DNA of 64,000 bases, taken from contig OX638160.1 of NCBI GenBank assembly GCA_951804945.1, positions 40,176,001 to 40,240,000 of the forward strand, written 5' to 3'. The notes under the pieces were generated by a model. The model searched no databases. It was not told the DNA's origin and was given only the letters and a program-made list of their open reading frames with translations. Made by a program: the position numbers and the translations under genes. This document shows positions 11,619 to 24,905 of the stretch, piece after piece. The stretch is from Podarcis cretensis (taxonomy: Eukaryota). Positions within the stretch are counted from its first letter, which is position 1, and each line of letters starts with the position of its first letter.

Positions 11619-14600
11619 CAATGAAACTTACCTCTGCATAATATGGCATTTTGGCATAAAGGCCTTAAGAAGATAAATTATTTATTTTCTCCACTAGTGG
11701 GGCAAGGTGTGTGTGGAATCTGAACAAATAATTGAAAATAACTGAAAAAACGTTTCACTGTTCATGAAGTTCAGATAGTATATTAGGCAGTATACTTTTT
11801 CATGTTCTATAATTAGGATTACTGTAACATCTGTGAAAACTCAACTGTCACTTCGATTTGGGCTCATTCAGATATTTCTTTTTCTTATGCCCAATTGGTG
11901 TTTTAAAAATAAAGTCCTAATTAACAAGATCTATCATGCCAAATTTTTCTTGCCCTTGCTAATGCCTGTGACAAAAAACATACATTGGTTAATTAATAGC
12001 TAACAAAAATATTATGCTGAAAAGTTGTGTGCTGGCTGGTTGGATTGTTGGTGTTCATGTGTTTATAGGAGAGGGAAATGGTTAAGAAACTGTAAATATT
12101 CTTGTTAATTTAATAAAATATAAAACTTTAAGAAGCTTCAAGTTTTAAGAGGCTCCAATCAAGTTTGCATTTCAGAATTCTAAATTTTCCTGACACAGAA
12201 GCAACATTCATTGTGTTTCCATTTCCTCCCTTTCTTTTTCCTTTTGATAGATTAACTGGAACTAAACTTGTGTCATGAGTTCTTGAACATTTCCTTCACG
12301 AACATATTCCTCTTTAAAGCTTAGAGGCAGTTTTGTATTCTTGTTCCTCACTTCAAACACTATGCTGAAGAATCACAAAGAGTTTGAAGTCAGATGAACT
12401 TCTCTTGAGATAGCTTGGGACGTTGCTCTCAGGCCTCCTCCCTGGAGCTGTGGTGAAGGTGGCCTTAATTGAAAACACGTTTGTAATCCGATACATTGAT
12501 ATACTCCCTCCCCTCTTCAAGTCTAGTCAGGGTAGAGAGTAGTGGGTGATGCATTTCTTGTGCTTCACTTGGTTTTAGGAAGAGATGGCAAGGGAAAGAA
12601 TCTGCCAGAAATAGTGTGTGAGTGGTGCTGGGACAGAAGTTGGAAGCAGGCTAGTGTCGTTGTGGCATAGGTACGCAAGGTGTTGCTGGGGAAATGGTCA
12701 TCATGGCTAGAGACCTGCTTGTCTGATTGGGCCAATGGCTGGTGTCATATGGTTTGGGACTGCATTACCTTGAGGACAATAGCTCCTTATTGTTTCTACT
12801 CCATTGCTGCTCTCTTCTTCAGAAGCCATTAATTTGATTCTCCACCTACTGAGGTGAGGTGGTTGAGGTGAGGCCTTTTTTCCCCAGGTGCCTCACTCAG
12901 ACTAAGGAAGCTCACCTAACACTGAACGGGTTTCTTTTTCATACTGGGGAAGAGATTTTTCTTTAATTACAAAACTTAATATCAAATATATTTTCCTCTT
13001 CTTTTGTCCAAACTAAGACTTTGATCTAAATATGATAAAAACATAAATAGAAGTGGTGGGGAAGAATAAAGAAAGAGAAAAAGAAAGAAATAGAAATAGA
13101 AAAGAGATTAAAAGAGAGGGGAAGAAATCAGAAGATAAGGGTCTTCTGATTCTTCGTCTGTCCGCTAAATGTAAACAATATTCGTATCATCCACTCTAAT
13201 ACAAAACCACTTTCTATATCGTTTAATTTCTGAATAAGAGTTATGGAGTTGGTTTTGTCAACCATGACTTTCTAAACTGTTCCTTTTTGTTAAAATGATG
13301 CTGTTGAAGTATACCTGAATATTTGTAAAAGAGAAACAGTGGTGTGTGTGTGCGTGTCCTGGCATAAAGCAGAGACACTGCTTGTCATTTTATTCATTTT
13401 TGCATATCTTATCACTCCTCCTTCTCTTGATTCTTGGAGGGCAATAAGACAACCCAGATGCCAAGCTATGGAACATGTTCTTCTGACACGAGCATCTGGC
13501 TCCTTGGCAATCTCATTGAATTGACATGGTGGCAGCTTTGCTGTTGTATCCTCGAATGTCGGTATATAAGAAAATTGCAGATGGGCTCTCTTCTCGGATT
13601 AATAAAAAAACAAAAAAACATCCTGACCTTCACTAAGCAAAAAAATGTGTTGGGCTTGTGTGTCTGTGAATGAGATCTCAGACCATTACGAGAATATTTA
13701 GCAGTTCAAATTTCCAAGTGTTTTCTGAGGGGATGCCAAAATCTTTTACTGCAAAACCTTTAAGTAATAAGTCCTCCCAAGTCCAAGATACAAAAGAATT
13801 AGCACGAATAAAATACATTATTAGAGAAAATTAACTCTTTCTCTTGCAGCTGCTTATTCTGAAGCTTGCAATCTGTCGCAGCAAAAAAAAGAAGAAGAGA
13901 CTTTATAGATATTTCAGCACGGGCTGAAAGTTTTCCATGGAGCTTTGTGGTGACAATAAGTGGTTGGGGTGGCAAAAGGGCAGAGGGGCAAAGCTTCCTT
14001 GAACATTTCAGGGGGGAGGGAGAGTTGTAGCAGTTTCCTGGGGTCTCATAGCTTGCCAGCAAAAGTTGCAGTGACTTTCTTTCTTTCTTGCATAGTTTTG
14101 GTGGTGCTGCAGGAAGCATCAGAATTCTTCTTGGCAACCTAGCTGCTGCCATTTCCCCTTGCAATGTCTCACTTGAAGGACACTACCTTTAGTTCAGGAG
14201 TTGCATTGCTGGTTAAAATAAACATGTAAAAGGGGACAGTGTGGATGAGCTTGATTGCTACCACCTCCCCATCGCCGTTCTGATCACCTTCCCCCACGAG
14301 GAAGGTAAAAGTCAGGACGAGGGAGCCTTCTGAACTTGTGGGAAATCAGGGTTCTTTAGTGCATGGAAAATTCAGGAGGTTCCCAGCAACACAAATTGGA
14401 AGGTGATGAGAACAACAACAGGGGATGGAACCAGCACACTCATCCCCTTTGTCCTTTTCATATGTTTACTTGAACTGTGGTTGCAACAGTGACAAAAAGG
14501 TTTATCTTCTATTAGTAATTCAATCTGTTTTGGATCTGCTTTGTGGTGTTCCAATTTGATTTGTTGCTTGGTTCCAAATTTGATATGTTGAGAATTTTTA

Positions 14601-16825
14601 AATCACCATAACCCCCCACTCTTTGTACAAAAGTGGATGAAGTCTTCAGGCAAATGAGCCCCTCCAGAGTAGATAGGTGCAGCGGTTTACCCACAAGGCC
14701 AGATTTTACCATTTTGAGGTAGGAAAACAGAAATCACATTCCTTCCCTTAGTTATCTTATTGAAGGCAATGATTTCAAAACTGCAGACATAAAGGTAAAC
14801 AACTCACCAACATTCAAATAGTCCAGGGGCTTTCATACTAGATGATTTTACCTTGGTTGTAAAAAACTGGAAAAGTCAAAGCTTTTTCTCGTGACACTCC
14901 CTCTCTCCTAGAAGTACTTTCTGTGAATAGCAAGCAAGCGAGTGGGCACTATGCTTTTAAATGGTTTGGAAAATTTTTGGTGGTGGTGGTAAACAGGCTG
15001 TTTGATTAGTCTAACTCCACTGCTTTCATCCTGCTTTCACAGCCAAAACTCAGAGGTGAATGAAGACTCACAGAAGTGAAAATGGAGTGTGTGTACATAC
15101 CTCAGCAAGTGATTTCTTCATCAAGCCCCCTTTAGTTTATTGTGGGGGGAAACCCCCAGCTATGAACATTCTCTAGGCTAGGAATAACAACTTTTGGAAG
15201 TCTTCCACAATGGTTTCTGGAGCATGATATATATAGCAAACTTTCTGGAAGTTTCAGACCAATACTCTCATGCTAGCTGGGCTGATGGAGGCTGGAGTTC
15301 CACAACCTCTGGTGGGCAAGTTGGGGAAAGTTGACATACCGTATCTATTCAAGCCATGTGTAAAAAGCTCTGTTGTACAGACTCCATATCCACAAGTGTT
15401 TATTGTGGAGGGCTTGCAAGCTTTTAAAAGTTGGCACCAATTAAGAATATTGCGACATGATTAATTAAACTGCTCAGTCTCTGACCTTTTCCCTACTCTA
15501 TCTCCCAGCAATTTACCACAGCAGAAACTGAGATAGGTATACAACTCCCCAATGGCTATATGGAAGACAGCCAAGCCTATTGAACCAAAGTTGGTCCGAT
15601 GAGCATGCTCTGAGTCTACAGGGAAGGGTGGGGAAAACACCTCTGAATTTGTGGGAAGCTTCTCTTAATTTATTCCTCCTGAAACCATTATTAAGATATG
15701 ACTGACAGAGGTTTCTTGTCTGAGGCTTTTGCAATAAATTATACCACTGCATAATTGCAATATATCACCCTTCCCCACTTTTGTTCTAAGAAACAGCATG
15801 AAATAGCATGAAAGAGAAATTTAAAAATCAGCATAAAAAAGGAAGGAAGCATAGCCTGCAATCTAGTAAACCGCTGAAGCCAACGCCATTTAAACAGCTT
15901 AATTGCATACAGGGTTGTAGCCACAAACGGTCTGGAATTGTGCAACTGGCAAAATCCATCCAAAGTTAAGCACTCTTCAAAAGAGTTAAGCTTGCACGTG
16001 TAAAGCATTTATTTATTTATGAGGATTTATATACCACTTAATCATTCATAACCTCTCAGTGGAAATGTGATCATATAATGATTATCTCCCATACATGAAG
16101 CTGTGCAAAAGGTGATTAAAGCAAACATACCGGTAATTAAAGCAACTATGGGGTGTGGGTGGGATGGAACATGCCATAATTATTTCATTCTTTCAACCAA
16201 AGCTCCAGAGCTCTAGCAACATGGCCTGGTATAGATGGATAAAATATCTGAATGGTTAGATGGGGTTGGATCCAAAATTTATCTTCTTCCAACCAAGCAC
16301 TTCTTCCATGGTTGAAAAGACTCTTTCCATCAGACAATGCATCTTCTGTCAGATGAAGATAAACCTTTGCTTACAAACCATGAGCTATGTTGACCTTTGC
16401 CTAACTATTAGGACACTGGGCAGTGGTGAATATTTAGCTGATGCAACTTAGGAGGTAATTGTCACAATAGACTTTTTTTAAGGACTATGAAAGCAGCAAA
16501 TGATATACCTCTCAACAATTGTTATTCTTAAAACTAGATGTGGTAAGATAAAACCATTTCCAATGGCAGAACATACTTCCGAAATCCTTGCTCATCTGCT
16601 GTGATGTATTCTTTTCAGCCCTAAACAGCTTTTCCAATAAATACCAGGTACATTGCTATGACACATATTTAACTAGCTGTGTTAAATATGGGATTTGCAT
16701 GATGAGCTTTCTCTAATGTTTGGGTTACTGACACACTGCCCATTGCTGTGGAAATTTACTTTTGTTTTTGCACCCTGGGAGTGAGGATACTTATTCCAGT
16801 TCACCAAGAAGAATCACATGTGAAA

Positions 16826-17754
16826 TGAAGAAGAAGAAGAAGAAGAAGAAGAAGAAGAAGAAGAAGAAGAAGAAGAAGAAGAGGAGTTTGGATTTGATAT
16901 CCTGCTTTATCCGTCTTAAGATCCGCCCAGCTCCCCTAGGTTGCCCAGAGTAGTCAACCTTTTTTTTAGGGGGGGGACCCCAAAGTTGTTGACCTTTTTA
17001 AAGGAAATAGTTGTTTACCTTTAGAACGATTGCGGGGTGCAGGGGCTCACAGTGCCAACCAACAGGGGTGCCATCACCCCATGCACAGGGGCGTATAAAG
17101 GTGGGTGCAGGTTCCATGCTGGGGGAGACGGACAAAATGTTGGGTGGCATAGTTGCCGCGCTGCCCAACAGCTGCCCCCCCCTGCTGCATGGTGGCTAAC
17201 TGTTTTGGCTGCACGCGCAGCGCCCGGAGCGACATGTAACGTGAGCATTGCGTGACGCATCCTGTTGCATGTGCCAAGCTGCGGATTCCTTTGCTGGCTT
17301 TTCTGCTGTTGGCGCACGCTCCCAGCGCCGCTCAGTGTGGGGTGCCAGCGCAGAACAACGGGGAATGCAAGCGGGAGCCACACGCTCCTATTTATCAGGT
17401 TTTGTTGCTGCCGTCGATGCTGTTAGCGCGTGGCGGATCCCATCTGGAGATGTTTCCTCTGCTGCCACTTGCATTCTCCATCGTTCTGTGCTGGCACCCC
17501 ACATTGGGTGGTGCTGGGAGGGTGCGCCGTGCACCCCTAGCACCAATGGTTAAGACGGCCCTGTCACTACCCTAAGGAGTCGCAAAGCGGCTAACAATCT
17601 CCTTTCCCTTCTTCCCCCACAACAAACACTCTGTGAGGTGAGTGAGGCTGAGAGAAGTGTGACTAGCCCAAGCTGCATGTGGAGGAGCAGGGACGCGAAC
17701 CTGGTTCACCAGATTACGAGTCTACCGCTCTTAACCACTACACCACATGGGCTC
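16826..17754 (-). mobile_element. Squam3-type tRNA-derived SINE, interrupted
   Basis: Reverse-complement match to 20385-20636. The (TTC)n tail appears as (AAG)n at 16826-16881. It is split by the insertion at 16911-17563. Confidence 0.9.
16911..17563. mobile_element. GC/CpG-rich non-autonomous hAT-like element
   Basis: Right TIR ttaagacggccctg is complete. Left TIR ccgtcttaa lacks its first 5 nt. The host SINE rejoins as gctttat-cactacc. Confidence 0.75.
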
Positions 17755-18343
17755 TATATATGGCTCCCAGGGCTGGGGACCAGGACCTGACATCCTTGAC
17801 CTGTCTTTATGGCCCCAGCACCCAATTAGGACTCAGTGTCCAGATCCTTCAATAACTTCCAAATTCACATGAAGCTGTTTTTGAGATGAAATTTGATTCA
17901 GTGGTTAAATCCACATCCTGGGTTCAGTTGGAGCACTCAGGCCTTGCATATAGAAAGGTCCCTGTTCGATCCCCTGACATCTCATCAGGTAAAATAGGTA
18001 AACACTGAAAATCTGCTGAGTCAGACTAAATAATACTGGGCATGGTGGACAAAAATCTTGACCCATAAGTTAGTTTCTGATATATATATTTTTTGGGATG
18101 GGGGAACCCTGCTATACCTAGTTCTATATATACAAGGGGGGGGCATGGACATGTGTTAATTGATACTGCAGTGATGCAGGCAATGTCATGGTGCCACAGG
18201 ACACAATGCTTCTTTTGTCCTGAAACTGTGACTTTTGACTGATATACCGCCATATTGTGCCAAGTTTCATTCACATCCATGAGTGTGCCACTCCCCCAAC
18301 CTTTGTGCCCATGTACACTTCTGTCTTTTATATGTTTCTGTCA

Positions 18344-18617
18344 GTGAGGGAGTCGGCGTACAGCTTCCGGGTCATGTGGCCAGCATGACTAAGCCGCTTC
18401 TGGCAAACCAGAGCAGTGCATGGAAACGCCATTTACCTTCCCGCTGGAGTGGTACCTATTTATCTACTTGCACTTTGACGTGCTTTCGAACTGCTAGGTT
18501 GGCAGGAGCAGGGACCGAGAAACGGGAGCTCACCCTGTCGCGGGGATTTGAACTGCCAACCTTCTGATCAGCAAGCCCTAGGCTTTGTGGTTTAGACCAC
18601 AGCGCCACCCGCGTCCC
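18344..18617 (-). mobile_element. Sauria SINE, 3'-truncated
   Basis: Reverse-complement match to the head and core of 7714-8067. Confidence 0.9.
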
Positions 18618-19066
18618 TTGAATGTAACGTTGGAAGACATTAATAAAAGATGACAGGAAATATAAAATAATAGTGGAAAGCAGGAAGGAGGGGGTGGAGT
18701 TCAGGCCTGGATTGCTATGGGCCGAAGATCTTTTTTCTAAAATGAAAATGGACACCATCTAATCCTTAATGTAGAGTCCTTTATTATAAGACCTTCTGTT
18801 TCACAAAGGCTGAGGTGAGATAGCAACAGAAGTAAGTGATGCTCTGGAATCTTATTCCTTGAGGGAGAGAAGGAGGGAAGTGTGTTGGCATGCTTAGTCG
18901 CATGGAGGGTTCAGGGATGTTAATCACAACTCCTTTTATCAGACAGCTTTATTAAGATCAATTTTTTTGTTGCCAAATTAGAGTGGACCTAGAGCGAACT
19001 TCCCAGCAGTTATTAACACAAGTCCATGTTTGCTGGAAGGATCGGGGTGTGTTCGCATGAACCACC

Positions 19067-19310
19067 NNNNNNNNNNNNNNNNNNNNNNNNNNNNNNNNNN
19101 NNNNNNNNNNNNNNNNNNNNNNNNNNNNNNNNNNNNNNNNNNNNNNNNNNNNNNNNNNNNNNNNNNNNNNNNNNNNNNNNNNNNNNNNNNNNNNNNNNNN
19201 NNNNNNNNNNNNNNNNNNNNNNNNNNNNNNNNNNNNNNNNNNNNNNNNNNNNNNNNNNNNNNNNNNNNNNNNNNNNNNNNNNNNNNNNNNNNNNNNNNNN
19301 NNNNNNNNNN
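19067..19310. other. assembly gap (244 N)
   Basis: Run of n. Confidence 1.
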
Positions 19311-20314
19311 TCCCCTTTTTGTGCCTATAATGAGCCCATGAATGCGAGATTTCCCCCTCTTTTTTTAATCATGATGTAATTGAATTTTAAAGGTAGAATT
19401 CGGTTCTTTCTGTCTGAAGCATACCCTAGACCTTACTGAGGGGTGATTTTTTTTTTTTTTTATTCCCTTCATCCTTCCAAAAGCGAACCAGAGGAGAAGG
19501 AAGAGATTCAAAGACAAGTGTGGAAGATTAGAGTTCAGTCCCATCTCACATAATCTTCAGCTTCTTCAATTGCAGCAAAGTAAATATTTGGAAAAGATGA
19601 TACATCTTAATCAAATATCTTTGAACTGTGAGAAAAATGACTAGTTCTTGTTTTAGGCACTATTTCATTTTAGCACTATTAACACCTTACGTGCAGTTTG
19701 GTAAGAGATTAAAGAACTCTCCGTAATAAAAAGCTATCTTTGGCATTCAAATTTTATTATTATTTTGATCTCTAAATACAGTAATCATCTTCAAGCATGA
19801 GCATTAATTGTTCTTGATGTCCTTCATATATCAGGGACAGCAAAGTAACTTCTCTTCTATAGCTGGAGCTGAAGTTGCAACTTCAATCTTCAGACCCAGC
19901 CCAAGGGGTTCTGCCGCCTGAAGCAAAGGGCAAGAAGTTGCCTCCTCCCAGTCTAGTTCCACATGCAAAAGCTTCCACCGCACCCCTAGGGCAATGGCCT
20001 AGTTTAGTGGGTGTAGGAGAGGCTGCATGGCACACACACACAGAGAGCTCTCATTTACCTGCTACCCCTCAATATTTGCCACCTGGCAGCTGCCTTACTA
20101 TGTCTCATGGTAGGGCCTGGCCCTGCTGCTTTGTGTGGAATAGAATTGTTGTGTCCTCCCCTCAACTACAACCCCTGATTTTTCAGGGGAAATGCAACCT
20201 TATCCAGAACGGCTTGAACCTCATCTCTTTGAACATGTAAACAATCTAGCCACAGAATCTTGGTCTGGTCAGGACAGAACTTTAATTTGTTGACCCTCAT
20301 CCAGATCATCATAG

Positions 20315-20712
20315 GGGAAGGGCCATAGGGCATCTGCTTTGCATGCAAAACTTCCCATGTTCAATCCCCAGCATCTTCAGGTAGAGCCAGTGTGGTGTAG
20401 TGGTTAAGAGCGATAGACTCATAATCTGGTGAACTGGGTTAGATTCCCGGCTCCTCCACATGCAGCTGCTGGGTGACCTTGGGCTAGTCACACTTCTCTG
20501 AAGTCTCTCAGCCTCACTCACCTCACAGAGTGTTTGTTGTGGGGGAGGAAGGGAAAGGAGAATGTTAGCCGCTTTGAGACTCCTTCGGGTAGTGATAAAG
20601 CGGGGTATCAAATCCAAACTCTTCTTCTTCTCTTCTTCTTCAGGTAGGGCCTGCCTGAAATCCTGGATAATTGCTGCCAGTCAATGGTTTGACTCCGTGT
20701 AAGCCTATGTTC
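20315..20712 (+). mobile_element. old Squam2-like tRNA-derived SINE (host of Squam3)
   Basis: gcatctgctttgcatgca...ttcaatccccagcatcttcaggtagggc...ctatgttc. Degenerate relatives lie near 17920, 27210, 36370 and 52780. Confidence 0.6.
20385..20636 (+). mobile_element. Squam3-type SINE, full length
   Basis: A box tggtgtagtgg, (TTC)n tail and 11-bp TSD TCTTCAGGTAG (20374-20384, 20637-20647). Confidence 0.9.
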
Positions 20713-20901
20713 GTTTCACTGATTCCAGGCAAACGTCCACTTTCACATGCTTCCCCATTTCTTTTCTTCTTTGGCATGAAGAAAATTCAGACTTGCACAA
20801 GCTCCTCATTTGTACTGTTATAAGAATTTTAAGGTCTGTGAACACTAGAGGTTGCAAACGTGCATCCCACACGGATCACGTTTGCAACCCAAGCGTCCTC
20901 T

Positions 20902-21065
20902 GTACCTATTTATCTACTTGCACTGCCATGCTTTCGAAGTGCTAGGTTGACAGGAGTTGGGATGGAGCAACGGGAGCTCAGCCCATCGTGCAGATTTGAA
21001 CTGCCTACCTTCTGATCAGCAAGCCAAGAGGCCCAGTGGTTTAGACCACAGCGCCACCTGCTCCC
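20902..21065 (-). mobile_element. Sauria SINE 5' half
   Basis: gtacctatttatctacttgcac core and tRNA-derived head in reverse orientation. Confidence 0.85.
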
Positions 21066-21826
21066 TATTTCTAACATTATTCCCCATCCCACTCAATAGG
21101 CTGGGATGCAAGTATCAGGAGCAGAGACGACACACGGCACAGCCTGTGGAGTAGTGGTAGCTGTTGAAGTGGAGTAGTGGTAGCTGGGAAGTCCCATCGA
21201 TTCCACCACAAGGAGGGTCTGTACATAGTGTAAAACCCACTATGACAGCCATAGACCTGGTGCGGTAGACAACATGCTGGAATTTGGCTGGGAGACCTGG
21301 GTCACATCCTCGATCAGCCTCGAGGCATGGAATAAGTTACCTTGGAGTAAGTGCTGCTTACATTTGACTGCAAAAGCTCACTGTGAAAAAAACCACATAG
21401 AGCCTTAACGACACAATCTTCTGCTGGCTGAAATGTAACTTTTAGCCTTTCTTTACCATCTTACAAAGAGACGTAGTAAGAACCCCATCAAAGGAAGGAG
21501 ATATCCAGCCTCTTCTTGATGATCGCTGACTTCCTGTATGCTAATATGTCACAAGCAGTACAACTTGAAAACCTTGCTATCAGCCCACTTGCTTGCAAAA
21601 GCAAAGACAGTCCATCAGTTACCCAGGCACTCCATGAGATGACATCATTGCTCCTGAAAAGAAAAGTCTCGGAGCCTCTCTCTCCCCTTCCTGCTTTCTG
21701 GTCTACCACTCTACTGGACACAGCATTATTTGTGATTCTGTAATTTGAATGAAAGGAAAATCGGCATGAACACAGGTCCTTTAAGACAAATTAAAATACC
21801 AATTCAGTAACAGTATCACAAGCTCT

Positions 21827-21912
21827 AATAATAATATTATAATATAATATAATAATAATATTATATTAGATAATTATATAATAATAATATTATATTAGAT
21901 AATTATATAATA
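21827..21912. repeat. AT-rich low-complexity tandem repeat
   Basis: Duplicated taataataatattatattagataattatataa unit. Confidence 0.85.
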
Positions 21913-22003
21913 TGTTCTTAAGTTCTTATGTTCTCAGGCCTAATAAAATAAATTATGGCACAAGGGAAGCAAATTAAGGAATAAAGGAAGAACATTGATC
22001 TTA

Positions 22004-22226
22004 CAGTGGTACCTCAGATTACATATGCTTCAGGTTACAGACTCTGCTAACCCAGAAATAGTACCTTGGGTTAAGAACTTTGCTTCAGGATGAGAACAGA
22101 AATTGTGCGGCGGCGTAGCGGCAGCGGGAGGCCCCATTAGCTAAAGTGGTACCTCAGGTTAAGAACAGTTTCAGGTTAAGAACGGACCTCCAGAACAAAT
22201 TAAGTTCTTAACCCGAGGTACCACTG
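22004..22226. mobile_element. Tc1/pogo-like MITE, family A
   Basis: TA-CAGTGGTACCTC...GAGGTACCACTG-TA. Confidence 0.9.
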
Positions 22227-22262
22227 TACTTTTACAACTTTTAGGGACAAGTCATTATGGGT

Positions 22263-22950
22263 CTGAAGCTCAACATCAAAAAAATGAAGATCATGGCCAC
22301 TGGGGCCATCACCTCCTGGCAAATAGAAGGGGAAGAAATGGAGGCAGTGAGAGATTTTACTTTCTTGGGCTCCATGATCACTGCAGATGGTGACAGCAGT
22401 CACGAAATTAAAAGACGCCTCCTCCTTGGGAGAAAGGCGATGGCAAACCTAGACAACATATTAAAAAGCAGAGACATCACCTTGCCAACAAAGGTCCGTA
22501 TAGTTAAAGCCATGGTTTTCCCAGTAGTGATGTATGGAAGTGAGAGCTAGACCATAAAGAAGGCTGATCGCCGAAGAATTGATGCTTTTGAATTATGGTG
22601 CTGGAGGAGACTCTTGAGAGTCCCATGGACTGCAAGAAGATCAAACACATCCATTCTTAAGGAAATTAGCCCTGGGTGCTCACTGGAAGGACAGATCGTG
22701 AAGCTGAGGCTCCAATACTTTGGCCACTTCATGAGAAGAGAAGACTCCCTGGAAAAGACCCTGATGTTGGGAAAGATGGAGGGCACAAGGAGAAGGGGAC
22801 GACAGAGGACGAGATGGTTGGACAGTGTTCTTGAAGCGACAAACATGAGTCTGACCAAGCTGCGGGAGGCAGTGGAAGACAGGGGTGCCTGGCGTTCTCT
22901 GGTCCATGGGGTCACGAAGAGTTGGACACGACTTAACGACTAAACAACAA
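22263..22950 (+). mobile_element. BovB (RTE) LINE 3' fragment
   Basis: GLKLNIKK... ORF with an in-frame stop, (CAA) tail and 10-bp TSD CATTATGGGT (22253-22262, 22951-22960). Confidence 0.95.
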
Positions 22951-24214
22951 CATTATGGGTATTCTTACTATGAAGTGTGATACAACACAGCGGAACACGT
23001 TTTTAGAGAGCAAAATATTCACTCTTTCTGGTTCCCTACTTGTAATCATATCAATTGCTAGCATTCAAAAATCAAGCAACACACAAGGCCCAATAGTCAC
23101 AAAATGTACTGTTCCTGTTTAAGACTGAAAGCAAGAAGTTGGCAATCCCAGCTGGTTGTTTACTAAGTAATAACATACTTACTCTGCAAGGTTTGCGTAT
23201 TTATCTGGTACTGCTGTTTAAAAAGCGATTTTGTCTAAACAGCTTCTTCAGTCTGGCCCTCTTGTAGTGGTTGTAGCGAGCCTGTTAAGTGTATATTTAG
23301 CACACCCTCGCATTGTGGTGTTCTGCTTTCTTTTCCTGTGGGATTCTCAACTGTAGGTGACACTATTGTGAAGGCTGCATTTCAAAGTCCTCACCTGCTC
23401 TGCCTTCTCTGATTTTATGTTACACTTCATGATATCAGCTTTAGTAATCTCATTCTTTAGCTCTTTCTTTTCATTTACACCTCCTTTACTCACTTCCTGA
23501 AGTTTGACACAGTAAAACTCTTTGCTGTGTATGTCTTCAGAAACTGTATTTAAGTCTATGCCACAGCTGCTTTCCTTAGAAGAGGGAGGAAAGGCAAAAG
23601 TCTAAGAACTGAAATATATAGGGCCTTATAAAAAACATACATAGGAAAAAATATTGGTATATTTATTTCACATTTTAAAAATTGCCTAAAAAATTCCATT
23701 TTACAAAATCCAGTCATAAAATGGAAACTGTTAGAAATGCAAGGATCATTGTATTCCTGGTCCATCTCTCTTTTGTGTGTCCATAAGTCCATTCTATCCT
23801 ATTTCTGCATTAATTTGAATTTTTTTAAGTCCATCAAAAATAATTTTTGAATGTATTTTCCCCTCACCAAGCACACATTTCTAAACTTATTTTATCCTTA
23901 ATAAAAAAAGTATATTTTGGGAGTAATGTTTGGTTGAACTAATCTCCTGTCCTGTCCATATCCAAAATAAAAAAAATACCAAAAAGGTCTTGTCTTTAGC
24001 TGTTTTAAAGGATTCCTTTTCTTTCTTTTTAATTTCACAGGCTAGTACAAGTCTGCATTAGTAACAAACAGTAACAACTGAACTCAAGATAGGGTTTAAC
24101 ACACCCACACCCACCCATACCCACACTCACACCTAATTAAGTACAGATTAATTAGTCTGGATTATTTGTCTATTTGTGTATCTATTCACAATTCAGACTA
24201 AGTTAGCTGTAGAG

Positions 24215-24271
24215 CCTGGCATGCTCTGGTCCATGGGGTCACAAAGAGTCGGACACGACTAAACAACAACA
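24215..24271 (+). mobile_element. very short BovB 3' end (57 bp)
   Basis: ctctggtccatggggtcacaaagagtcggacacgactaaacaacaac with 10-bp TSD AGCTGTAGAG (24205-24214, 24272-24281). Confidence 0.9.
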
Positions 24272-24278
24272 AGCTGTA

Positions 24279-24520
24279 GAGTGGTACCTCGGGTTAAGTA
24301 CTTAATTCATTCTGGAGGTCCGTTCTTAACCTGAAACTATTCTTAACCTGATGCACCACTTTAGCTAATGGGGCCTCCTGCTGCCACCGCGCCGCCAGAG
24401 CCCGGTTTCTGTTCTTATCCTGAAGCAAAGTTCTTAACCTGAAGCACTATTTCTGGGTTAGCGGAGTGTGTAACCTGAAGCGTATGTAACCTGAAGCGTA
24501 TGTAACCTGAGGTACCACTG
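24279..24520. mobile_element. Tc1/pogo-like MITE, family A (opposite orientation)
   Basis: TA-gAGTGGTACCTC...GAGGTACCACTG-TA. Reverse complement of 6915-7156. Confidence 0.9.
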
Positions 24521-24569
24521 TACTTAGTTCCATTGAAACCAATTTTTCACATAAATTTCAATGGGACTT

Positions 24570-24905
24570 CAGTGGTGCCTCGCAAGACGAAAAGAATCCG
24601 TTCCGCGATTCTCTTCGTCTAGCGGTTTTTTTGTCTTGCGAAGCAAGCCCATTGACGGTTTAGCGGATTAGCGCTATTAGCGGTTTAGTGGCTTTTAGCG
24701 GCTTATCGGTTTATCGGATAAGCAGATAAGCGGCTTAGAAAAAGGGGGGGGGAGGGGAAAAAACCCACAGGAACTCGCAAGACATTTTCGTCTTGCGAAG
24801 CAAGCCCATAGGAAATTCGTTTTGCGAAGCACCTCCAAAACGGAAAACTCTTTCGTCTTGCGAGTTTTCCGTCTTGCGAGGCATTCTTCTTGCGGGGCAC
24901 CACAG
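24570..24905. mobile_element. Tc1/pogo-like MITE, family B (CpG-rich)
   Basis: TIRs cagtggtgcctcgcaagacgaa / ttcttcttgcggggcaccacag, with internal tcgtcttgcga and ttagcgg repeats. It is flanked by TT rather than TA. Confidence 0.8.

Noticed and set aside
19026-19379. ORFs spanning N runs (also 45882-46239)
   Set aside because: These are artefacts of assembly gaps.
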